From Eledone cirrhosa (lineage: Eukaryota), in assembly GCA_964016885.1 (NCBI GenBank), contig OZ024752.1, positions 23,498,001 to 23,562,000 of the forward strand: 64,000 nucleotides of DNA. The letters are read 5' to 3'. Position numbers and translations under genes: made by a program. Shown here one piece after another: positions 21,932 through 34,800 of the stretch. Numbering within the stretch: position 1 is the first letter of the stretch; each line of letters begins with the position of its first letter. The notes under the pieces are model-generated. The model made no database searches. It was given only the letters and a program-made list of their open reading frames with translations, and was not told the origin of the DNA.

Positions 21932-24885
21932 TGAAGGAAAACTCTGATATAACACCTGCAACCCTGATGGTATCCAATGATGTTGACTTGTTCTTCTTTT
22001 TAGTAAATATCATCTTGGTTAAGAGAGTGGGGCTGGCTTTGTGCAGTGCCTTTGCTCACTATAAAAGCTTCACGGCACAGGCATATATATAAAGTACATG
22101 GATATAAAGTATATGTCAGGTCACCAGTTGGTGCTACTGGTAACATGTATCCCAGTACAACCTGTCTCATGATCGGGTTGTTTGCGACTAAACTGGCAAC
22201 CCCACCAAGGTTTCTTGGTGAGGAGGTTGACTTTGGACATCCTGCAGGACTAAAAACAAAATCTGTCAAAGGGAAAAGGAGCGCTTAAGCGTCAATGGCC
22301 ATCCAAAATCACAGGGAGAGATAACCCCTTAGCTTTTGTCAAGGCAGAATTCTAGGAGAAGGAAAACTCTGATATAACACCTGCAACCCAGATGGTATCC
22401 AATGATGTTGACTTGTTCTTTTTTTTGGTAAATATCATCTTGGTTAAGAGAGTGACACTGGCTTTGTGCAGTGCCTTTGCTCACTATAAATGCTTCACGG
22501 CCCAGGCATTGCGTTATATCTGGAGATCTCTCTGCCCTTGTCGTCACATGGTACCATGGGCCCAGCACTATGTGTCAATAATTGTCACAGGTGTAGTATT
22601 TGTACCAGAGTTTTCAATTCGCTGGCTGGACTAAGAAGTCACACTCGTTCAGCGCATCGGTAGGAGTTCTCCTACATGGGTATAAAGTAGTGGCCGTACT
22701 CGAAAACGAGTTGGCAGCCACCATGTATGTATGTATGTATGTATGTAAAACCTGACAAAGGGCGGAAGAACTCATAAGGGTCAACGGCCATCCAAAAGTG
22801 TGTAAATATGTATATACACATGTACATGTGTGTGTATATGTGTTTATGCATGGGTGCATGTGTATGTATATGCGCGGGGACATAGAAATAGTCGGGCTGG
22901 ACACCCGATCGCGCGGTTAAACCACTGGGAGTGAAGGACCCCTAGCCTTTCGCAGGGCATTCTTCTAAGAGAAGGCAACTCAGGAAACTGGGATAACTCC
23001 GATATAAAATTTGCAGCTCAGTAGTTACCGATGATGTTGATCTTTTCTTCTTTTCGGGTTATAGCTACTGTCGCTCAGAGAGTGGGATTGGCTCAGTGCG
23101 CAGTCTTTCGTCACTTTAAAAAATATCTTCACGCACAGGCATTGCACGATAGAATTAATTAATTATTATTAATAATGGTATATCGTGCAATGGCCATACT
23201 CGATAACGAGGGGGCAGCCATCATCATCATGTATGTATGTATGTATGTATGTATGTATGTATGTATGTATGTATGTATGTATGTATGTATGTCAGGTCAC
23301 CACTTGGTGCTACTGGTAACATGTATCTCAGTACAACCTGTCTCATGGTCGGGTCGTTGGCGACTAAACTGGCAACCCCACCAAGGTTTCTTGGTGAGGA
23401 GGGTGACTTTGGACATCCTGCAGGACTAAAAACAAAACCTGTCAAAGGGCAAAGGAGCTCTTAAGAGTCAATGGCCATCGAAAATCACCGGGAGAGATGA
23501 CCCCTTAGCCTTTGTCAAGGCAGAATTCTAGGAGAAGGAAAACTCTGATATAACACCTGCAACCCTGATGGTATCTAATGATGTTGACTTGTTCTTCTTT
23601 TTGGTAAATATCATCTTGGTTAAGAGAGTGGGACTGGCTTTGTGCAGTGCCTTTGCTCACTATAAATGCTTCACGGCACAGGCATTGCGTTATATCTGAA
23701 GATCTCTCTGCACTTGTCTTCATATGGTACCATGGGCCCAGCACTGTGTCAATAATTGTCACAAGTGTAGTGTTTGTACCAGAGTTTTCAAGTCGCTGGC
23801 TAGACTAAAAAGTCACACTCGTCAGTGCACGGGTAGGGGTTCTCCTACATGAATATAAAGTAGTGGCCGTACTCGAAAACGAGTTGGCAGCCACCATGTA
23901 TGTGTATATATATATATATACATGTGATATGGATATGTCTATGTATGTATGTATATGTCAGGTCACCAGTTGGTGCTACTGGTAACATGTATCCCAGTAC
24001 AACCTGTCTCATGATCGGGTCGTTTGCGACTAAACTGGCAACCCCACCAAGGTTTCTTGGTGAGGAGGTTGACTTTGGACATCCTGCAGGACTAAAAACA
24101 AAATCTGTCAAAGGGAAAAGGAGCTCTTAAGCGTCAATGGCCATCCAAAATCACAGGGAGAGATGACCCCTTAGCTTTTGTCAAGGCAGAATTCTAGGAG
24201 AAGGAAAACTCTGATATAACACCTGCAACCCAGATGGTATCCAATGATGTTGACTTGTTCTTTTTTTTGGTAAATATCATCTTGGTTAAGAGAGGGACAC
24301 TGGCTTTGTGCAGTGCCTTTGCTCACTATAAATGCTTCACGGCCCAGGCATTGCGTTATATCTGGAGATCTCTCTGCCCTTGACGTCACATGGTACCATG
24401 GGCCCAGCACTATGTGTCAATAATTGTCACAGGTGTAGTATTTGTACCAGAGTTTTCAAGTCGCTGGCTGGACTAAAGTCACACTCGTTCAGTGCATCGG
24501 TAGGGGTTCTCCTACATGGGTATAAAGTAGTGGCCGTACTCGAAAACGAGTTGGCATCCACCATGTATGTATGTATGTTCCTTTGCCCTTTGACAGGTTT
24601 TGTTTTTAGTCCTGCAGGATGTCCAAAGTCACCCTCCTCACCAAGAAACCTTCACTATAAAGCTTCACGGCACAGGCATTGCTTTATATCTGGAGATCTC
24701 TCTGCACTTGTTGTCACATGGTACCATGGGCCCAGCACTATGTGTCAATAGTTGTCACAAGTGTAGTGTTTGTACCAGAGTTTTCAAGTCGCTGGCTGGA
24801 CTAAAAAGTCACACTCGTTCAGCGCTTCGGTAGCGGTTCTCCTACATGGATATAAAGTAGTGGCCGTACTCGAAAACGAGTATGT
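21932..24885 (+). mobile_element. Head-to-tail cluster of ~610-bp non-autonomous RTE derivatives in (ATGT)n (units 22115-22745, 23291-23900, 23957-24575; partials 21932-22085 and 24650-24885; diverged relative 22880-23230)
   Basis: Repeated units with RTE-like 5' UTR motif ctaggagaaggaaaactctgatataacacctgc, a short zinc-finger remnant CHKCSVCTRVFKSLAGLKSH, and 3' end tggccgtactcgaaaacgagttggcagccacc(atgt)n. Confidence 0.78.
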
Positions 24886-25985
24886 ATGTTCTTCTGGTTT
24901 TATAATTTCAAAAATGTTTGCTAATAGAGAGCGAGTCGGTTTCTAACATAGTTACAAGACTCTCTCATTGGAATTTACACAACATCAACTTGGTAGATAT
25001 GTATGCATCTCTGCATGCATGCATGTGTAGATATGGATGTTAAAGTATGTGTGGAAGTGTATGTTTTGAGTTGTATGTGTGCATGTGTATATGCTTAGTA
25101 TCTGTACATGTGTATATGCAGTTATTAGATGCAAACTTTTTGGAATGTTTTACATATTTTTACTGTTCCCTTAATGGATTGTACTTGTAATTTCCTAACT
25201 AGTTGTGTTCTTTCTGTTCCTGTGAAGTAGTTTTGTTGATTAGGAGTAGCTCAGCACATCCCCAAACCCCTTTCTTTCCAGTTGCTTGTTCATCTGTGAT
25301 GATGTTATTATTTAACAGTGATTTTAGAGGAATAGGTTCAGGCAAGCTGTATACATCTTATACATCAGGTTCTGGTATGCAATGGGTCGGTAGTTTTTTG
25401 CCAAGAGGGTGTCTTTGTTCTTGGGGCCAGTGATGTTTGTGCTAATGTCAACCATTCTGGTATAAGTGTATCTCCCTTAAGAACTTTTTGGTAGAGGTTC
25501 TTAAGATACCTCTGATAGAATATAAATTTTTTGTACCAGTAGCCGACAATCATGTCTCTTCCTCGTGTTTTCTTATCTTGGAGTTGTCCAATCACAGTTT
25601 TCCTATCACAGTTTCCGGTGTTGTTTAGTATTTTTAGAGTTCTAACATCAATTGTTCGCATTTCGTCTATCGTCCAATTGAGTATTCCAAACGTTGGTGT
25701 TAGGACAGGCACAGAAACACATTGTTAGCCACTGTTTTGTTTTGCGCAGAGAGTTCCGATGACCATATTTTTCTTAATCGGTTGTAGTATTCCCTGGTTA
25801 CGTGTTCCTTATTACAGATACCATTATAGGATATATTCTCATCTATCCCCAGGTATCTGTAGCAGTCCTCATTAGATATCACTGAAACAGTTGTGTAAAT
25901 TCCAATGAGCGAGTCTTGTAACTATGTTAGAAACGGACTCTCTCTGTTGGAAAAAAATTTGTGGAATTATAAAACCAGAAGAACG
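24885..25985. mobile_element. Scrambled third copy of the second R4/Dong-type family
   Basis: 3' end (-, 24885-25226), RT N-terminal part (-, 25226-25600), RT C-terminal part (-, 25608-25892) and inverted 3' end (+, 25890-25985), each matching 14100-20685. Confidence 0.8.
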
Positions 25986-26249
25986 CACATGCATACATAC
26001 ACACATAATAAATACATACATACATACATGGTCAGTCAGTCAACGCGATAAGTCGCATATTTTGGTGATGGAGACTATTCATTAAATTTAAGATGAATAC
26101 TATCTCCGACAGTAATGTCACAACTACCATTCATGTTGAATAACTGGATATTCTTCTAACTATATCCACTGAAGACACCTTTTATTCGAACTCGTAGAGA
26201 TATCCGACTAAATACATAATTCATTTATAAGGATTTGTTACAAACAGCA

Positions 26250-26490
26250 TGGCTGAACACAACATCAACAACAATCAGTGGAATACCGAAGAAAAACGAG
26301 AACGGTAAACAAAATTTATTCAGTTGTAGCTACAGAAGAAACCGAAATTATAAATCGTATTTCTCTTGGATTTGCGAACTTAATAATGATTTATTTAATT
26401 GTTATAAAATGGCAAAAAACAATCCCTCCATTGGCTATATGAACCGAATGAAGCTACACTGGGAAGAAATACACCCAGAGCGAAATCACT
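26250..26490 (+). mobile_element. Probable N-terminal fragment of an R4/Dong-type ORF
   Basis: WICELNNDLFNCYKMAK..GYMNRMKLHWEEIHPE resembles the W..N..L..CY..GY..RM..W N-terminal motif of these elements. Confidence 0.55.
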
Positions 26491-26599
26491 GCCATGAATG
26501 CACACACACGCGCGCGTGCACACACACACATACACACACACACACATACATTTATACATACATACACACATTCATACTTACACACACACATTCATACTT

Positions 26600-27216
26600 A
26601 CATACATGATGGCTGCCCCCTCCCCCCATTATCAAGTATGGCCATTGTACGAAAAAAACAACAAAAAAGCACATGTATTAATAATTAACGGTGCTGCGAT
26701 CGAATGTGGCTCTTTAGCCCAGCCAATGATCTAAAATGTCTTGCACAGAGTTGGCAATAGCCGGCTGTGGTTGGAGTTCATGTAGTTTTGCATGTCGTTT
26801 GAGCCCTCCTGCTGATCTCTACCACATGCTTGACAGGCATGATGAGTAGCATCTCCAACAGCAGCATGGTAGTCAATCACTTGTCTCACTTTATAACTGC
26901 GAAGATGACTTTCGAGTCCAGCTTTCCTGAGGCAGAGTCTCGCACAGACGCTGCATATCAGCGCCATAGGAGGACCTTCGCCGTCTGGAAATGCAACAGT
27001 AATGCCCTTCCTCACATCCCGCTTTACTTTCTCGTATGCGATTCGAGATGCTTCAAAAGCAGCTTTCACCTCATGTACAGTGTTTCTCCATTTATTACGA
27101 TCAGCAGCCACGCTTTCCCATGTATCAGCAGAGATGTTAGCGTCTTTCAAGGAGGCTTTCAACGAATCCTTATACCTCTTTTTTGGTTTATGTGGAGGTC
27201 GTTTTCCTTTAACTCT
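26600..27216 (-). mobile_element. RTE-clade LINE 3' end with C-terminal zinc fingers
   Basis: GKRPPHKPKKRYKDSLKASLK..TWESVAADRNKWR..CSVCARLCLRKAGLESH; 3' end tggccatacttgataat..ggcagccatc(atgt)n; flanked by (ATGT)n. Confidence 0.82.
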
Positions 27217-27227
27217 CCATACATACA

Positions 27228-27258
<31 letters not shown>

Positions 27259-27289
27259 TTACTTACGCACACATACATACACACATACA

Positions 27290-27795
27290 TCATGGCTGCA
27301 AACTCTGCTAAGAAATCGCTTGTCAGATTACAGAAAATGGTACACTTTAAGGCTACGGCCAGCCACACGAGCCTGTAACATATCCTGAACAAGCAATGTC
27401 TGTGCTTTGAAGGTTTTTTAAGTGGGGAAAGGCCTTGCACTCGACCGATCCCAGTCTCTGAGCATGGAAAACACTACCCGAAAAGGAGAACTCGTCAACA
27501 TCACCGGATGCTTCCGAAGCCGCAGGTTTTTTTCAGAGTTTCACTCCCTTAGAAAGGTGCTGTGACAACAACTGGGGGGCTTTTAGTCCCAGGTAAAAAA
27601 AAAAAAAGTAGTATTTGGATGGACGTTGGCTCTGCCGAGTTCCTCCGCCATCCGCCGGGTCTTGTATTTCATCCTGGCGAGTGTCCAAATATTACAAGCT
27701 TGGTGAGGTTGCCGGTATAGTCGTCGACGATCCGAGCATGAGACAGGTTGTAGTGGGTTACATGTTACCTGAGGCACTCGAGAGCGACCTGACAC
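27290..27795 (-). mobile_element. Diverged non-autonomous RTE derivative
   Basis: Starts gtcaggtc..ggtaacatgtaacccactacaacctgtctcatg and ends gcagccatgatgt, as in the 22-25 kb units. Confidence 0.65.
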
Positions 27796-27995
27796 ACATA
27801 CATACACACATATATACATGCATACTTATTTACTTACACACACATACATACACACATACGCGCATGCATACACATGCATACTCACATTCATATACACAGA
27901 CATACAACCATATAGACATAGTGTTATCTTTGTTATTTTGTGTATATGTACTGTTACGACTACCTTCTAATAACTACCAAATTTTATTGTAACCA

Positions 27996-28135
27996 CTAAC
28001 AGAATGGCCCGGCGTTGTTCGGGATTTGCTCTAGGGTTCTTATATATTTGATATATATTTATCCTTATCAAGCCTCGTGAAATAAATACGTTTGTTATAT
28101 ATTTTGTTATTGTGTATGCAAAAATATCTGTACAC

Positions 28136-28178
<43 letters not shown>

Positions 28179-28449
28179 TAACAGATTAAAGTTTAAGCAA
28201 AGAATCGCTGCTTTCACCCTTAACGGGATCTTCTGAAACTAAAAAATCAATCTGTGAACGCAGAAGTAAATATTTCGAAAAACGTTACACACTATATATA
28301 CACACACACTATATATACATATATATACACACACACAGCGTCATAATGTCGTAATGCAGACAGCCAGACATACAGACAGATATTATAAGGGCGCAACGTT
28401 ATATCTATGTATCTATCTAAAAAGAAAGTCTAAGAATTATAGAGAGAGA
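27996..28449 (-). mobile_element. Degenerate non-autonomous Helitron-like element
   Basis: 3' end actaacagaatggcccggcgttgttcggg resembles 57113-57141; candidate 5' end a|tctctctctataattctt resembles 58263. Confidence 0.5.
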
Positions 28450-28779
28450 TCGCCAAATCATCTAATGCTGTCCCTAGGGCCTTGAAAATTTGAAATTTTG
28501 TTTTCTCAAAACACTCACAGAATCTATTGGTAAACATGTCGTTTCTTTACCCATGACAAACGCGTAGCTCTTGACCATTATTAGTGTACAAACTCTTCAA
28601 ATTGGCAATAGCTTTTGTAAATTTGTTTGAGAATGAATTATTTTGTTATTTAACAAAGAAAACACAAAATTGTGCTCCCTTAAACTGGCTTCATTTGTGA
28701 ATGTTAAAATAAAAATAGAGAAGAAAAACAAAAATGAAATCTGCAGCTTGCACGTATTTAGGTATTTAGGTTTTACTTA

Positions 28780-28958
28780 GCGTCCTGCGAGGTTTCGTGG
28801 ATGTTTAACGACAGAAGCAGCAGTACTATCTAGAAAACACTACCTGAAATAAAGTCTCTTGCTCAAGAACACAACTTAGCGTCTTATCCAGGAATCGAAC
28901 TCACGACTTTACGATCATTTGTCCAACACCCTAACCTCTAAGTGACGTGCCTTCACAA
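28780..28958 (-). mobile_element. CORE-type SINE
   Basis: ttgctcaagaacacaac..ggaatcgaactcacgac..accctaacctctaag, homologous to 20730-21003. Confidence 0.65.
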
Positions 28959-29079
28959 ATATATCCGCCCCTACAGTCAATTTATAACTGTCTGCTCGGC
29001 TCTTGTATAATGAACATCTATAACATCCCTGAACGCCATCGAAAGTAAGTACAGTAAAGTCATGCAAAGACATTTCAGG

Positions 29080-29375
29080 GCCGTTATTGTGAGCACTTTA
29101 ACCCTTTCTTGTCAAATAATAAGGTAAATACTACACCTCTTCCCAATTCATTTTGAAACTAAGGGACCAAGGATCTAAAAATCGTCCAATAACGTAGAGT
29201 ATATTTGGATAAAGCTACTCCGTATTTCAAAAGAGCACGAAACTGCAGTTTTTATTTTACTGAGAAGTTGTGTGTATTTAAACAGCCAGCAACATCCCTC
29301 AGTCGGAGGTCAGATTTATTGTCTAACTGTCGCCAACAGAAGATATTACTTCTGATTAGTTTCCATGTACCGGAG
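29080..29375 (+). mobile_element. Degenerate PLE GIY-YIG C-terminal fragment
   Basis: LDKATPYFKRARNCSFYFTEKLCV..SLSRRSDLLSNCRQQKILLL matches the PY..C.LC..EK..LN.RSE....CRH pattern also seen in 7406-7865. Confidence 0.65.
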
Positions 29376-29541
29376 AAGCTCGGGAAAACCGGCATAAATA
29401 CATAGCTACCTGTGATTAAAACTGGCTTACTTTGCAACAAATTTAGCCATTTTCGACCTTGTAACATTTTGATCACGTGACTGGCTTTGTCTAGTAAGAA
29501 TCAGTAGTTTGCGAACATATCACCATCTACCTTTATTCACC

Positions 29542-29664
<123 letters not shown>

Positions 29665-30044
29665 GTACATACACACGCACACACATATATATATAATAAA
29701 TGCAAGCAGTGGATGGTGTGCATTCTATGGCTTCATTAAGTGTGGCCGAAGTACGGGTATAGATTGAAGGTATCATTTACGTGTGTTGTATTGAACCAAA
29801 TAACTATGTCTCTACTCTGGAATTTTACATAACATTGCCTATTGACTACGCTAAGATGCAACCGGTACTAGCAGTGAAACCCATGCTAGTCCTGTGAACT
29901 TATTATATATATATATACACACATAAGGAAATGAAATTAAAAATGCAACTAGAGTCTTTTAAGAATATTTGTTTATTTACTTTACCGGTTTCACAGTTCT
30001 TATGATTTTCAAAAGTAAAATTGATGGAGGGTTTGTGTTTCTGT

Positions 30045-30126
<82 letters not shown>

Positions 30127-30167
30127 AGATTGGTGAACTACGAACAGATTTTCAGTGTTTTGCAATG

Positions 30168-30208
<41 letters not shown>

Positions 30209-30439
30209 TAAACAATATCCTCCAAATGTTTGTTTTGTATTCTTATCTTATTTTGCCGTGTTTGTCAATGTTATTAAAGCTGTTGTGTGTCGGCTCCCAG
30301 TTGCTGAGATATGGTTGTCATAATAATACAGGTTTATGTCATAGTTACATATCTTAACATCGCTACTATTCATCTCATGTAAACGAAACTATGAAAAGAA
30401 GGTGAGACACCCTAATATTCTATTTTGTTTATTAGTAGA

Positions 30440-31140
30440 GATGCTAGAAAGTTTGTTCCTGCTGTCTGCGCTAAGATTACAGATTCTGTCAGGATCAAGT
30501 TCGCCTTTTCATTCTTTCAGGGTCGATAAAATAAAATACCAGTATTGTCAAGTATTGATGTCATTATAATCAACCGACTTTACCTTCCCTCAAATTGCAG
30601 GCCTTGTGTTTAAATTAAAAATCATTCTTTTAGTGTCGATAAATAAAGTGTCAGTCCAGGGCGGTACGCTAGTGGAAGTTCTAGAGAGCCGGACGAAATG
30701 CCTTACGGTATCTCTTCCGGATCTTTACTTTCTGAGTTCAATTTCTACACCCAGTCCATTCATTGTGGTCTTCGAGACTCAGTGGTGACATGTCTCCATT
30801 TGAGACGGAATTACGAATCTATAAAGATCAATATATTGACCACGTCAATATGCTGGAATGGACATGCCGACTATGAAAAAAACACTAGGAAAGAAAAAAA
30901 AACGTTGTGGCTGCTCTTGTTGCTTAGTACATAGTCATACCATGAACAAACGGCGTTCCAGACATGATCCTCCCGTAGCATCGGTAGAGCGTCGAACATA
31001 CTTTCTGGCATATAGTTACGGCTCTTCACGTTCTGAGTTCAAATTCCGCCAAGGTTAACTTTCATTCTTCCGTGGTCGATAAAATAAAGAACCGGTAATA
31101 CACTGCTGGCCTTGTGCCAAACAGTAGAAACAATTATTAT
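30440..31140 (+). mobile_element. Cluster of degenerate Meta-core SINEs (30440-30625, 30660-30745, 30975-31140)
   Basis: gggtcgataaaataaaataccagt, ctgagttcaaattccgcc, ctggccttgtgccaaacagtagaaacaattatt. Confidence 0.7.
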
Positions 31141-31254
31141 TGTTAATACGTAATGTATCTATAACTACATAACCTACTGTGCCTTCTTTTATTTGTATGT
31201 GATGAGGCGTGTCTGAGAAATATTGTGCTACTATTTATAGCTGAGTGATCACAT

Positions 31255-31772
31255 GCTGTTATTGTTAGTATGTATTGATGTTGTTACTAGTGTTATTTGT
31301 GTTGTTATTGTTGGTGTTTCTGTAGCACTTGTTGGTGTAGTTGTTGTTGTAGTTGTTGTTGTAGTTGTTGTGGTTGCTATTGTTGCTGCTGTTGGTGTTG
31401 TTGTTGGTGTAGTTGTAGTTGTTGCTGTCGTTGTTGGTGTAGTTGTTGTTGTCGTTGGTGGTGTCATAGTCTTTGCAGCTGTTGTAATTATTGAAGGTTA
31501 TACTTGCTGTAGGTGTAGTTGTTGTTCTTGTTGCTTTTGTGTCTACTTTTGACGACGTTGTTGTTGTTGTTTTTGCTATTTTTGTTACCACATGTTCATT
31601 GGGATAAAAATAGAGAACATTGTTATTTCGTTTTTCCAGTTTAGATTATTGTTGTTGTTATCGTTGTTATTGTTATCGTTGTTTTTGTTATTGTTGTTAT
31701 TGACGTTGTTGTCATCGACGGTGTTGTCGTTGTTGTTGTTGATATTCTTGTTGTTGTTATTGTTGTTGTTAA
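31255..31772. repeat. Degenerate (GTT)n low-complexity tract
   Basis: Direct reading; accounts for the poly-V/T/C/N/L ORFs here. Confidence 0.92.
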
Positions 31773-31850
31773 TTTTTAAACTCTCGTATTCCGTGATAGA
31801 GCAGATTCATTATCAAAGTTATTCCAGCTAGAGATATTCCGATGTTATAG

Positions 31851-34800
31851 TAGGACTATCATTCATTAGTCATATATACAGCTTTACACATTTAAGACAT
31901 ATTAGGACTATCATTCATTAGTCATATATACAGCTTTACACATTTAAGATTTATTAGGACTATCATTCATTAGTCATATATACAGCTTTACACATTTAAG
32001 ACATATTAGGACTATCATTCATTAGTCATATATATATCTTTACACATTTAAGACATATTAGGAGAATCATTCATTAGTCATATATACAGCTTTACACATT
32101 TAAGACATATTAGGACTATCATTCATTAGTCATATATACAGCTTTACACATTTAAGACATATTAGGAGTATCATTCATTAGTCATATATACAGCTTTACA
32201 CATTTAAGACATATTAGGAGTATCATTCATTAGTCATATATACAGCTTTACACATTTAAGATTTATTAGGACTATCATTCATTAGTCATATATACAGCTT
32301 TACACATTTAAGATATATTAGGAGTATCATTCATTAGTCATATATACAGCTTTACTCATTTAAGACATATTAGGACTATCATTCATTAGTCATATATACA
32401 TCTTTACACATTTAAGACATATTAGGAGTATCATTCATTAGTCATATATACAACTTTCAACATTTAAGATTTATTAGGACTATCATTCATTAGTCATATA
32501 TACATCTTTACACATTTAAGACATATTAGGAGTATCATTCATTAGTCATATATACAGCTTTACACATTTAAGACATATTAGGACTATCATTCATTAGTCA
32601 TATATAAAGCTTTACACATTTAAGACATATTAGGAGTATCATTCATTAGTCATATATACAGCTTTACACATTTAAGATTTATTAGGACTATCATTCATTA
32701 GTCATATATACAGCTTTACACATTTAAGACATATTAGGAGTATCATTCATTAGTCATATATACAGCTTTACACATTTAAGAGATATTAGGAGTATCATTC
32801 GGTAGTCATATATACAGCTTTACTCAATTAAGACATATTAGGACTATCATTCATTAGTCATATATACAGCTTTATACATTTAAGATTTATTAGGACTATC
32901 ATTCATTAGTCATATATACAGCTTTACACATTTAAGACATATTAGGAGTATCATTCATTAGTCATATATACAGCTTTACACATTTAAGACATATTAGGAC
33001 TATCATTCGCTAGTCATATATACATCTTTACACATTTAAGACATATTAGGAGTATCATTCATTAGTCATATATACAGCTTTACACATTTAAGACATATTA
33101 GGAGTATCATTCATTAGTGATATATACAGCTTTACTCATTTAAGACATATTAGGAGTATCATTCATTAGTCATATATACAGCTTTACACATTTAAGACAT
33201 ATTAGGACTATCATTCATTAGTCATATATACAGCTTTACACATTTAAGACATATTAGGAGTATCATTCATTAGTCATATATACAGCTTTACACATTTAAG
33301 ACATATTAGGAGTATCATTCATTAGTCATATATACAGCTTTACACATTTAAGACATATTAGGACTATTATTCATTAGTCATATATACAGCTTCACACATT
33401 TAAGATTTATTAGGACTATCATTCATTATTCATTAGTCATATATACATCTTTACACATTTAAGATTTATTAGGACTATCATTCATTAGTCATATATACAG
33501 CTTTACACATTTAAGACATATTAGGAGTATCATTCATTAGTCATATATACAGCTTTACACATTTAAGACATATTAGGAGTATCATTCATTAGTCATATAT
33601 ACATCTTTACACATTTAAGACATATTAGGAGTATCATTCATTAGTCATATATACAGCTTTACACATTTAAGATATATTAGGAGTATCATTCATTAGTCAT
33701 ATATACAGCTTTACTCATTTAAGACATATTAGGACTACCATTCATTAGTCATTTATACAGCTTTACTCATTTAAGACATATTAGGACTATCATTCATTAG
33801 TCATATATACAGCTTTACACATTTAAGATTTATTAGGACTATCATTCATTAGTCATATATACAGCTTTACACATTTAAGACATATTAGGAGTATCATTCA
33901 TTAGTCATATATACAGCTTTACACATTTAAGACATATTAGGACTATCATTCATTAGTCATATATACAGCTTTACACATTTAAGACATATTAGGAGTATCA
34001 TTCATTAGTCATATATACAGCTTTACACTTTTAAGACATATTAGGACTATCATTCATTAGTCATATATACAACTTTACTCATTTAAGACATATTAGGACT
34101 ATCATTCATTAGTCATATATACAGCTTTACACATTTAAGACATATTAGGAGTATCATTCATTAGTCATATATACAGCTTTACACATTTAAGACATATTAG
34201 GAGTATCATTCATTAGTCATATATACAGCTTTACACATTTAAGACATATTAGGACTATTATTCATTAGTCATATATACAGCTTTACTCATTTAAGACATA
34301 ATAGGACTATCATTCATTAGTCATATATACATCTTTACACATTTAAGACATATCAGGAGTATCATTCATTAGTCATATATACAGCTTTACACATTTAAGA
34401 CATATTAGGACTATCATTCATTAGTCATATATACAGCTTTACACATTTAAGATATATTAGGAGTATCATTCATTAGTCATATATACAGCTTTACACATTT
34501 AAGACATATTAGGATTATCATTCATTAGTCATATATACATCTTTACACATTTAAGACATATTAGGAGTATCATTCATTAGTCATATATACAGCTTTACAC
34601 ATTTAAGACATATTAGGACAATCATTCATAAGTCATATATACAGCTTTACACATTTAAGATATATTAGGACTATCATTCATTAGTCATATATACAGCTTT
34701 ACAGATTTAAGACATATTAGGATTATCATTCATTAGTCATATATACAGCTTTACACGTTTAACATTTATTAGGATTATCATTCATTAGTCATATATACAG

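Noticed and set aside
22115-22205. HDV-like ribozyme at the 5' end of the RTE derivatives
   Set aside because: Hairpins, a UCCCAG loop and a CUAA segment are suggestive, and RTE 5' ends can carry such ribozymes, but I could not build a consistent P1/P1.1/P2/P3 double pseudoknot by eye; an RNAMotif/Infernal search would settle it
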